A stretch of DNA of 64,000 bases from Tubiluchus corallicola (taxonomy: Eukaryota; Animalia; Priapulida). This document shows positions 40,951 through 53,400 of this stretch, in pieces. Within the stretch, counting starts at the first letter, position 1, and every line of letters starts with the position of its first letter. A program made the position numbers and the translations under genes. The stretch is from assembly GCA_030141605.1 (NCBI GenBank), contig JAQGDQ010000297.1, positions 124,001 through 188,000 on the forward strand, given 5' to 3'. Under the pieces are notes generated by a model, which was given only the letters and a program-made list of their open reading frames with translations, had not been told where the DNA came from and made no database searches.

Positions 40951-43738
40951 ATAGAGAAATCAGTAAATCATTAAAAAAGGCATTACTTTTTTACATAGTA
41001 GGCAGCCCAGCACGCAGTCAGCTAGCCTCATTCCTTAGGAAGAACAGTAAAATGTTACTTACAAGAAAACTGAAGAAGTACATAGTACAAACTTATTGCT
41101 ACAACGTATGCCAACACTATTGGTGTACTTAAGAATAATATTATTACAGTCAATGCGCGGCTCAAATGTTTTTAATCATCCGCCGTTTGATGCCGCCAGC
41201 GTAGTCGCTAATCGCAAAAATGAAATACCTAATTTCGTCACTTCCTTTTCCTAAACTTTGATATCAGTGGGTCCACGCGGTCACCAATCAAAAATTTGAT
41301 AAAAAATAGACAGACGTAGTAAGATGTGGCAACGATTTTAGTGGTTTAAAGTGATTTCAATACAGTGCAGCCATCATGTTATAGGAGTGTCATCAATCGC
41401 ACATTAATTGTAATAATTAATAACCCTGATTCTATACGTTTCATGAACGAAAAAACATCATGTGTATGATCACCTAAGAGAAAAGAAAAGACGAGATGAT
41501 CAAAGGCAAAATTCTCAAACTTTTGCCCAAAAGAGCAAGAGAATACTCCGAATTTTCATCGATGAGGCATTTGGATGGGTTCCTAGACGACATATATTTT
41601 AAAGTTTATTTTGTAGGCGAGAGTACTTGTTCTAAAATATATTGCGTCTACATTAAATTAGTAGTAGGTTCAAGTATTGTCAATAGTTTTGTATTTATAA
41701 CTGCAAAACAAAAGAATATTAAAAAATATACAAAAGTAATACTTTTACCAGAATGTTCCGTAGTAGGTTCAGGCTGTAATGTAGGCTTAATTATATATTC
41801 TTCGCTTGAAGATTTTGCATCTAGTGCAATAATGTCTTTATTACCTGTAAAAAATTGTTTCCAAAAATTAAGAACTGTTAAGAAGGAAACTCGGCCATCT
41901 TTCATCGTAAAACTTATTACTGTGTTTTTTTACTGGTAAAGCTATTGCATTCGGCCCAGTAATTTCGCTTACAGGTCCACAAGATAACCGTTAGTATATT
42001 TTATACGAAGACAATGACTCTATGGTTACGAAATGTTCTTGACCGTGAAATCTAAGCAGCATCGAACCTTGCTACTAAATGGATGGGTGACGGCCATTTT
42101 GCTCCTATATTTGGTGCAGTGGTTTTATTTGCCTTATTACCTTGCCGGGGGAAGGGTGTATGTCCAAGCGTGTCTAAGTTATCCCACCATTTAGTATTAG
42201 AGGATATCCTTGATAATGAACTAGATGGCGGTCCTACTACAACCATTGTACATGAGTGTATGTGTGTATACGCAATAGCTCCAGCTCTGTACGTGTACGT
42301 GCGTGGCGCATGTAACAGCGTAAAACAATGGCTCCAGCTCAATTTCTTTGATCAGTTTCTAAAGGTTGACATATGAAATTGATAGCATCGTACACGTGCT
42401 TTATTTTCCTTTTATTGCCAAAAAATGTTTTAAAGTCGAGTTTCTGCTCTTAATAGACGGTTGAGATGAGTCGGACTGAAATAATGAGGATGTTTCTTAT
42501 ACGTATAAACTATTTGCTAACAGAGAGCGTCAAGTCCCCGAATGGTGCCGTCAGTAAATAAATTTTTATAGTTAATTGAGACTTGATGATTTCACCTCTA
42601 TTCGGGTAGACCTGCAATTTTTTGATCAGCAAACTGATTGTTTAATCCTACAGCAATATTATACATTCTACCTGGCGTTATAGGAAAACATGAAGGCATT
42701 GTATACTCTACCGCCACTGTATTACAATTTTTAGATTATTTACTGGCTAGCAAAGTAACTCTATAAAAAGGTTTGTTTCGCAATAATGTTGTTCTCGTTG
42801 TTCACGTAATAAGTTTTTTTCAGTTTAACGTTATAAAATTCATATTATAAATTTTTACGAAAAAATGACAACTGTAAATGGCGTTCTATATGACAGATCT
42901 AGGCAGTTGGAAAGAAAAAACTTCTTAAAGGAGTGGCTGCATTTCGGACTAATTCCAACAAACCTTTCTGAGCATCTCTTGCAAGTTGAGACTTAAACGT
43001 AATGTTGTTTAGTAGTCGATGTCCAACGTCTTTGCTTTTATCTTCTGCTTGCTTGACGACATCTTTCTTGACGTTTTGTGCTGGTTTAAGAAAAACATAA
43101 AAAATATAAAGCGAAATGATAGTAAATGCGCAAGAATGTAATGTTGAAAAGTTTGCTGAGTTGTTGTGCAAAAAGGCAAAGTGGGAATCACTATCCTACT
43201 AAAGATTAGCATTTCGTTTTATCATACTAAATTTAAATTTTCTCAGAAAATACCAAGAAAGGAGTTGAAAAGCAACGAATTTCAAGTCTTCGATAAAGAG
43301 CGATACTATAACATAACAGGATAAAAGCTTTACAGTGAAATTATTGCCTCACAAATCGCCCGACCTTTACATAAAGCCCCTCTGTATTATTTTAAGTAAA
43401 AACAAATAGCTTGCCACTATTTTTCTGTTTCTTAGTCTTTTTCCGCTGCTTCTTATTTCTCCTTCTTCTGATATCTTCATCCATTTGAGTAGCCCTGGTA
43501 GTTGGCTCTAAAATGACAATTAGCAATTACATCTTTAGTATTTACTGCTGCTATAGTAACCGCTTCAAGCTGGAAAAGTCAAGTGCGTATACAGCGTCAG
43601 TGGCCACGTTTGTTTAGAAAAAAGAAAACTAGAGACGTTTATAAAGTCATTTTGAACTTCTAACCTACAGCAAAATTATGACGTTGTCACAACAAAATAG
43701 TTTTAAAAACCCTACTAGTTTAAATTGTAGCGAATAGA

Positions 43739-43769
<31 letters not shown>

Positions 43770-44020
43770 ATTGTAATATATATCAAAATGGAATTTATTG
43801 CCGACCGGTTTCGAACAAGCTGTTCATTATCAAAACATCTAAAACAAAGAGTTTACCAGAATTTAGAAACAACATGGAAATACAATTCAATAGTTAGGAA
43901 GCCAAAAGATATATGATTTAACATTATATAGATAATTTAACAGTTTACTTTACAGAAACAGGTTCGTAATAAATTCAATTTTGAAGTAGTTACATCTATT
44001 TGCCAAATATGAGTAATTCA

Positions 44021-44074
<54 letters not shown>

Positions 44075-44450
44075 GCAATTACATAAATGCACAAGTTGTG
44101 TGCTGTTAAATCCACCAAGCTGTAAGCTGATAACATTGCGTCTTCACATAATGCACTTATTTCAATTCAGTTATGTGCGCCAACTCAGTAGTATGGATAT
44201 TAACACAATTCATTTCATGTTCTTTCACATTAATGATAGGTCAGGATAATGTGGAACATAATAATGGTGGGACTGAAAATAATAGAGATTATATATACAA
44301 AAAAGTTTTTCCACAAAAAAGGAAATATCAATAATTATTAACTATTTGAGTACTATGACTCACCATGGCAGAAAACTAGAGTATCATGTACCAGTAAGAA
44401 TTAGAACAGTTCGACGTCAGGAACAATCATTCAATGAATGATGATGATGT

Positions 44451-44499
<49 letters not shown>

Positions 44500-47400
44500 A
44501 ATGATGATGATGATGACGATGATGATGGTGATGATGGTAATGATGATGTTAACAACGGTGATGTTAACAACGGTAAAAATAAGATTAAATGCTTATAATA
44601 AGAATTAGACGTACTTACCCATTGTTGTTGTTGTTGGGACTGCCGTTGTTGTTGTGGTGGTGGTGGTAGTGGTTGTCGTTGTAGTAGTTGTGGGTGGAAT
44701 TATTTCTAAAACAAGATATTAGTAGGCACTGACATCAGAAGCAGAAACATTTTACAACAAGCGTCTAGATGCTAGAAAGATATAAGCTACACGTTATATA
44801 TTCGACAAATCACTGGCAATTTTACTGTTAACGTTAAAGCAGAAACATGTCTGACGGGCAACTGGTGCGAATTGTTTACCTCCTTAGTCACGGGGTGACA
44901 CACTGTCATTTTACTGAATTTGCAACTACAGCACAAGGCACTGAGTAGCACGTTGAAGACGAATTAACTGCGGTCAAGGCTGGCAGTACGGTACGGCACG
45001 AAAAAAATATCATATCTTCGTACATCTAAAAATACCGTATCGTATCTACAAAATGGAATCGTACCGTAATTTCGTACCAAGTTCATGTAGGATCTACTAT
45101 AAAAAGATAAAGAGTAGCATAAAAATTAATTGTAAAAACATTTGACTGTACAAAATTACTGTACACTGTACAAAACATTAAATACAAGTTGATGTGTTAG
45201 GTCGGTTGTCCCGAACTTATTTTGACAGCAAAGCAAACGTTTAACTCAGGTGATATGAAATGATTAAATCGTTACTGTTTTGCAGAGATCGGCAAAGCTC
45301 TAAGCATTCTTCATTAACGATATACATTTTGAAATGTTCTTGCTTCGACAGAATCTGCATAGCTTGAGATGTGCAGTAAATTACTACACAATAGCTAGAA
45401 ATAGTTACAGCAACGGCGTTACTTGAATTGGTGTCAAGTGTGGGAAGCAATCTGTAAGCAAATATAAACGTAATTTACGGGAAAGGACAACTCCAGCTTC
45501 CAAACTACTTGAGGCTTTGCAGTTTGTTCTCAAAAGGAACCAATTTAGCGGTTTTGTTTGCGTGTGCTCCGTGTTAATTAGGGGAGAACAGTAAGTCCCA
45601 GACAAGAGTAAAATAAGTCCTCACACTGAGTTGTTGACCACTAGAAACGTTACAAGAATCTGGGGATAAATAGTACGGAAAAGGTACGAAAAAGATACGA
45701 GAAAAAATACCGTAATTTCATGCCGTATCGTGCTGTTGAAAAATACCGCTCCGGAATTTCGTGCCGTACTTTTAAGCATTTTTACGCACTGTATTGCCAG
45801 CTTTGGCTGTGATGTGACAAGCGGAAACCAACTAGGTTACAGAATTGTTACATTCTGTATTTTTAACAGAACATGACCATAAACTATGTTCGCAGATGTG
45901 CTACAATTGACTTTGAGTAGTTTTATTGAACTAGCAGGAGCAGAAACTGTTTAGAATTATCTCCTGCGCTTAAGTAGGCCGACATTTGGTTGAGATTTAG
46001 ATATACAGTGTCGTCTAGAAAGAAAAACGTTTGTCTTAGTTGCGTCTGATGAGGTCCCGGAAGAAAATTTATAACACTTTAGAAAGAGGCGAAGCAGGTC
46101 TGCACTATGATGTGGGTCATCTTTTCAAATGCCTCTACTAGGATGGAGGATTGGTAGTTAGTTTGGGGAATTTTTTTCTGGACTACCCTGTATGACTTCG
46201 AAATTGGTCAGGCAAGGATGGCACCCATCTTCGCTTATCACTAACTTTTGGAACAATAGTAATAATGCACTATTTATTATGGAATATTACAAAAGCTTTG
46301 AAGCTGTGCTTAACGTAAAAGGTACAATACATTAATCATCACAGTAATTTACCAAACAGCCTCACGGTGGCCTCTGCGCTTCCGTGTAAATTCTCAACTA
46401 CGCAGGTGTAAAACCCGTAATCTCCTCCACTGACATTCATAAGCCTCAACTCTAAAGTTAAGAAGTCATCACCTGCAAGTGACAAGAGAAATCATTATTG
46501 CTTTGCGGGCTATTCGTATTTCGTTGGGCAGAAAATTTTTCATCGGAACGCCTTGGAGAATTCATGTAACGTCTGCGTACGATGACCAGTATGTGCTTGT
46601 AGCTGGATACAGGTGGAACAGAAATGGGCTTTAGTTTCGTGTGATCCACGACACTATGATTAATGTAGGATTAGTGTGTAGTGTGACCCTGGCGACATTG
46701 CTGCATTAAGACTATAACCCCGTTTATACTAGGCAGAAAATACCCGTAGTGTATCTTTTAGATCCAGATCTAATGTAAACAGTCATGAAGCCACACAGAC
46801 CACAACGGGTAGTGGATTTTTCGTGTCTACCTTCTTTTAAATAGGTACAAAAGTAGTACACATTCTGGACTTAATTTTGTAATACAAGCATGATATTTAA
46901 CCGGACTAAGACCGTAGTTGTAGTGGTAGTGGTTGAAGTAGTAGTTTATTGACTATAATACTTTATAATGTTAAGAGATCGGGTCATATAACAATATGTG
47001 GAGTAATTAAATATTAGTCCAGAATAAGAAAGCAAGTTTGCTTAGCAAGCATCGTTAACAGAACAACGTATATAGCATACATAATATACACAGATATATA
47101 ACGTACATAATACATTAATAATATTTAGAAGGATGCAAAAAACGTTAATAAGGAAACTAAGTAGTCAATTTGGAAAAATACGTTATAAATGCGTCTATTA
47201 ACTTTAATAATTTATAGCAGGTTTCAAAACTCTCATTGCACGAAATTAATTCTGTGATAATGAAATGCTGGATAACACAGTTCGGTTGCTGGAAACACCT
47301 GCTGGCTAGCTTTCTTGTAAATGAAGATGCTGTGTTTAGTTCATCACAAGCGAGTGTCTTTTGGCATACTTCTCCATAGTTTTATTTGCCGAGCCTTTTG

Positions 47401-50400
47401 GCTTTTAGTCACGTCTTAAAACAAGGGTACCCAGATTGGATAAGAACTAAATCATTACAAGTACTAGGGCGCAATGATAGTAGCAACTTGATTATTTCAA
47501 GATGTATGAAAACGATTTAATAAACCACAACTGAATTAATGAGCCATTCGACTAGTCAGTACAGTTAGTACATAGTACAAGCTAAACAGTCAGTACATAG
47601 ACATGCATTGCTTAACTTTTGAGATAGTTTGAGACTATTAGTTATTGTAAACTTAATGTCAAGAAGATTGTTAATGATGTTACACAATTAAATTTTGACA
47701 CGAAATTTGAAACATCGCCTAGGTGTCAGCGATCTAACACTACAAATGCTTAATTTGGTTGGTGACCAAAAGGGACTTTGGACTGTCTTGACCACTGAGA
47801 GTGTGGAAAGTGTGTGCAACGTAAGCAAAACGTCTCTGGTTCAAAGGTTCAGATCCAGCCTGTATCCTAACTTCTTCACATTTCCTGTTTATCAAATTTT
47901 CCAACAATATTTAATTAATTGTGAGTTTGACAAATCAGTGTTGGGCTATGTTATACTATATCTGTTTATACAGATATGTTTATACTATATCTGTGCACAC
48001 ACCCGCACGCACTCACACAATCCCTTCCACACATAAAAATATCATACAGCAATTAACATGACGGTTAAATTAATTGAAAAGGAGGCGCTGTATAATTGTG
48101 GGTCAACTAGCATTTAAACTCTGAGACCTTTTGAGACACTGGCCCAACACAGCAGGTCTGAAAACTCATCTTAATAGTACACAAACAGACTCGCCTACAC
48201 GATTCTAGTGATTTTCCTACTAGAGTTAACAGCACATATAAAACAGACATAAAACAAAACGTCTCGGTATTGAAATTGGTGTTAAAAATAGCAAAAGTAC
48301 ACGCTAGAAGCATTTTTATTTTAACAGGCGTTATAAATGAACCTGGTACAACTTACTATAGCCGAAGACCACTGGATACTGTATTGCACTCAACCCACCA
48401 TATAGTTAAATGTGGGCATACGTTCTTCATTTCTTGCTTGCGTTCGAAATCACCGTTTGTCATCAAGCGGTAGCCATACATATCACACACACTTAGGGCC
48501 TATGTTTCTAAGGACTATTAACTAATAACTGTGAGATTCTAAATTCAGAAGTTATGAATATCTTCGGCTTCTATCGTCAAAATTACACATCACCAAAGTT
48601 GATTTTACGTTTTACATATCGAGTTCTTGCTGCTTGGCTGTTTGCCAAGTTACGTTATTAGGCTGAGGGCGACAAAAATGTCAGCCAAAGTGGGGGTTCA
48701 CTAGACAAGCGCAGATCCTTACAACAATTCTTTGCACTGTTCGTGAGCTAAGCTTGGCGATTAATAAAATATTGGATTTTTACACATGATTATAATTTTT
48801 TTGTTCTTAGATGTTAAACTACTCATTCTCTCTAATTTATTTAAGATTTGTGCTTTAAATGAAATCAACGTTAACAACATTATGTTTAACAATTATAATT
48901 TACCTTTATGATAAATAACAGGAAGACGCCTCTCACTGGGCACTATAGGTGTTTTGTTTCTAAACCAAAATGACCTATCCTTGGGAAATGCTTGAGCACG
49001 ACATTTCAAGGTCACGTTCTGTCCTCTTTGTGCGCCAATTTGCCCTGATGTCTTCGTTATTGTAGGGGAAACTAAAAATATAAGCTATTAAATGCGGAAA
49101 TTTTAATTAAATCTAACATGAACACAAGTTACAGATAGAACCCTTTTGGATAGATAGTGCTGTTGAGAATATAATTACAAAATCTCGAAAAGGCCTCAAC
49201 GATGTAAAGTCATTTAATGAGGAGGAGTTGAAAGGGAGGATGGGGGTAGGTTGAATAATAGAGAATGCTTGTACTAATATAAATAAAAAAATAGACCTAC
49301 ACGATCAATGACGATAACGACTGCAAATTTATCATGATGATGACGACGACGATGATGATGATGATGATAATAATGACAAAGTGGTAGTAATTGTGATGAT
49401 GATGATAATGATGCAGATTGTGATGATGATGACGACGACGACGATAAGTGATGATAATGAGGAGAAGGACAATGGCGACCATGCCGTTGATGGTGTCAAC
49501 AATGACAAAGGTAGTGATACTAACGACGAAAACACGGGCTACGGTGTGTTATGATTGGGTGCACGGTAAAAATGGCGGAGGTAAGAATGGCACAGGAAAA
49601 ATGGTACGTAAAACTGACACAGGAACAATGACACGGGAAAAAATGGCAGCAATGGAAAAGTAGGAAAAAATGGCACACGTATTATATTAAGTCAGTTGAT
49701 TTCTATAATAAAACAAGAATGCGCTCAGTAGGAAGCAGGTCTGTGCTAAAACTGAACAGTTTTAAACTTAGTCGTCTGATTTTTTTGATTAAAAAATGAA
49801 CAAACATACAAAAATGTACCTGTATTGGAATTACATATATTAGCAAACGACTCGCACAATATTTGTTCATTAAGCAGATTTGTTCATTAAAGCAATCAAT
49901 GATGCACGAACGCTGCACATAGTGTTTATCTACATTTTTAACCGTTAATTCTGGCAGTGGAAATAACTGACTGACAAACATATGTACGTACCACGTCACC
50001 CTGTAAGGCTATACACATTAGTAAGCGAAAGTTACAGACAGCGTTATACAATTTTACAAATGAGAATTTCTCGAAATGGAATTAGAACTAACTCGTAGCT
50101 GTTTGTCTAGAAGGATATAACAAAAGAGAAGTATTAAACACTCCCTCTAAGACCTCCATGAAGTGTTTCAAGTATATTATTTTTGTGCGTGGTGTTCGCT
50201 CAAGTTTTGCGAAAAAATAACTGGTGAAAAGATTTCGATTATGGCACTCTATACCCGCCTTTCTTTACGAAGTTTCTTGGAAACCTGTTAGATAGTTTTT
50301 GCGTAATAGGCTTATTGCTAAAATAACAAAACAAACAGATAAACAAACGAACAAACTGTGTTGAAGCATAACTTCCTTTTCATAGGTAAAAATAACTAAC

Positions 50401-53400
50401 ACAATTATCCCCCACTGTAACCCTAACCCTAAAAACATATTTTACTAAGTGCGCCATTTTTACCTGTGCTATTTTTACCTACTTTCCCTTTTTGTGCCAT
50501 TTTCCCCTGTGCCATTTTCTCCTGTGCCTTTTGTCCTGTGCCATTTTTACTACATTCGTTATGATTGTTACGGGTATAATATTAGCGACTTATGCTTTAG
50601 TGGCAGTTTCCTCAACTATATTTTTTGACATTAATATGTGTTATTGTAGTTAAATACATTATACTGAATGTATTCATATTGATAATGTACTGTATTGAAT
50701 GTCGAAATAAATGATAATGAATGAATGAATGAATGAATGAATGAATGAATGAATGAATGAATGAATGAATGAATAGACGAATGAGTGAATGAATGAATGA
50801 ATGAATGAATAGACGAATGAGTGAATGAATGAATGAATGAATGAATGAATGAATGAATAGACGAATGAATGAATGAATGAATGAATGAATAGACGAATGA
50901 GTGAATGAATGAATGAATAGACGAATGAATGAATGAATGAATGAATGAATGAATGAATGAATGAATGAATGAATGAATGAATGAATGAATGAATGAATGA
51001 ATGAATGAAAGAATGAATGAATGAATAATGGAAAAGCGGTGGTTATGTGGTAGGGACTTTTACCACACAGGCATACCCACAGTACAAGAACTTTTTTGCT
51101 GTAGGATGAGTACGTACATTGTATCCTGAGATCAATGCTTCGGCTGACCGAAGGTGGAACACCATTTGAAGCTATACACTGATATGTAGACCAATCTGAC
51201 CTCCTCAGATCTGTTATGGTTATTCGTCTTCTAGAGACCGTCTCAACTGCAGATATAAAGATCAACAACCACTTTGAATTTTCCTTGTTACATGACAGTT
51301 TAAATGTTAACATTTGGAAGTATTCCAAATTTTTATTTTTGGTTGTTTTTACGCATTTCAGTTGAATAGAGGTTTTAGGCGATGCCCGATATTTTCGATA
51401 CACCTAAACGACTGCTGTCAAAAGACACCTGAATGTTAGTTAAGGCGTGTACGTTCATTTACAATACATGGTGACCAGGCCGGATTATGACCTTTTGGGG
51501 CCCCTAGGCTAACGAAATTATGAGGTCCTCTCAGACTGAGCAACAAACTAACTCGACTACATCCGTCTTGAAAAATGTTTACTCGTGATATTATTTTAGC
51601 GACATTTACGTATTTTAAAGTAAATGTATTGCGAATTCTTTGAATAAAATAGAATATAGCTGCCTTTTGTTTGTCAATAAAAATATTCTTTAAAAATACT
51701 ACTATTTTACTATCTATTGCAAATCAAATTAGCACGTATTTATATCTCAACACAAAACAGATTCATTACTAAATGTTGTCAAAGCTTGAGGGGCCCTAAG
51801 ATGGAGTGTAATCCAGCCCATAGTACAATCCGGCCCTGGTGGTAACTGCTCCGTCACAGCATTATACAAATATTCTGCTTTAGTAAAAAAGAAACATGGG
51901 CATTTCGAGTTGAAACGTACTTTTTTGTCGATATGGAATCCTGATTGGCTTCGAGTCGGCTCTCCTCCAGGTGACATTTGGTGCAGGATTACCACTAGTT
52001 TCACATTCTAATGTGACATTACTGCCCTCCACTAACTCCATCTCAGACGGTGTTTTGTCCGTATCGATAAATTTCGGTGATACTGAAACGAAAATTGTTG
52101 AGAGAAGTTAAGTGAAACAAAGGCTCTTTTGAGAATGTCCGCTGGGTTCATACTGAGGATGTTATATATGAAGAGGTCAAACTATTGCATTGCTTAAGCT
52201 TGTTTAATGGTCCAAGTTTCTAATACCTCAACTTTAACCACACAGACGCCCTCTACGCCTCACTGTTATAGTTAGATAGAATGTTTATAATACAAAAATT
52301 CTAAAAAGCGACCTTCTGTCAAGCAATGTGCTTTTTGGGGGTTTAATATTGCGAGAATTCTCCTTAAATGAATCTAGTTAGCAGTTAGAGGCTTTTAACG
52401 AATATGATAACATTGACGTAATTGCCACGAACTCCTTTGTTTACTGTTTTAATCAAAACAAGTGACTACAAAACATGTTTTATACAAGATCTCGTTAGTG
52501 CAAATATCGTACGTACAGCAAACAGTGTAAATGTAATAATGACTTTCATATTTGTTTTCTTTTGTTTTTTTGTGCTGCATGTGTACACACATAATGAAAT
52601 GGGGTGTCTATGGAAATGGGCTCAGAAGTAACTTATAATTACACCTTATGATCTGAGAAACAAAGATTTATATTGGACATGTGAAGTTCGCAAGATTCTA
52701 TCATCAAAATTACAACACAGTATGACTCTGTGTTGCACCTTATTCCCACTATGTGCAGTGCAGGAAAATGTAGTATATTTTCATTATATGTATGTATATA
52801 TATATACAAATTAGCATACAGTTAGTTCGAGAATGTAATTACGCAAATGGTTAAGTCAGTGGTACATCAGTCCACACAATTAATTCAAAAATACGAGTTG
52901 TTCATTAATTGGTACTTTAATTGAAATACACAAAACCTATAAAACGGATATGATAACAGAAGCAATTATTCTCGATGTACATCAGCTCATAAGTCTGTAA
53001 AAAAGTTAAGTTGTTCAATAACTGGTACTTAATTCAAAAATCCTATACCTGTAGAACTAATACAATTACAAAAACAATCCCAAAGTACAGAAGTACACAC
53101 TGTTTTTTCCAAACTTAGATTGTTTATTAATAGGTAGCTGATCGAAAAGACAAAAAACTCAAAATACAAAATGCGTCATTATACAGTCGTTCACGCACAG
53201 TGTTGAGCCTGCGCCACCAATGACCATAGAAACAGCCTCCAAAGCCGAAAGCCCTAGACGACTCCTCCACAACATCGATCATTATTTGCTTATCTACATG
53301 TCTCTATAAATATATGTCCATGATTTAACTGACCTAAATTTCTGTTGCCATACAACAGTGATTATCTGAAACTGTTCGAAATACGTGCATAGCTCACACA

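Noticed and set aside
41496-41939. 147-aa plus-strand ORF
   Set aside because: Antisense to an Ig-gene exon, no recognisable motif, no supporting splice context.
44364-44375. 12-nt minus-strand micro-exon candidate (tag|ttttctgccatg|gtgagt)
   Set aside because: Phase-compatible but with a poor pyrimidine tract and not needed for frame; cannot be supported without RNA data.
50418-50432. TTAGGG-type repeat as an interstitial telomere
   Set aside because: Only about 2.5 units and located inside a transposon.
50612-51403. 263-aa minus-strand ORF as a single gene
   Set aside because: Only 51118-51246 is an Ig exon; the rest is intron and (TTCA)n repeat giving FIHS repeats.
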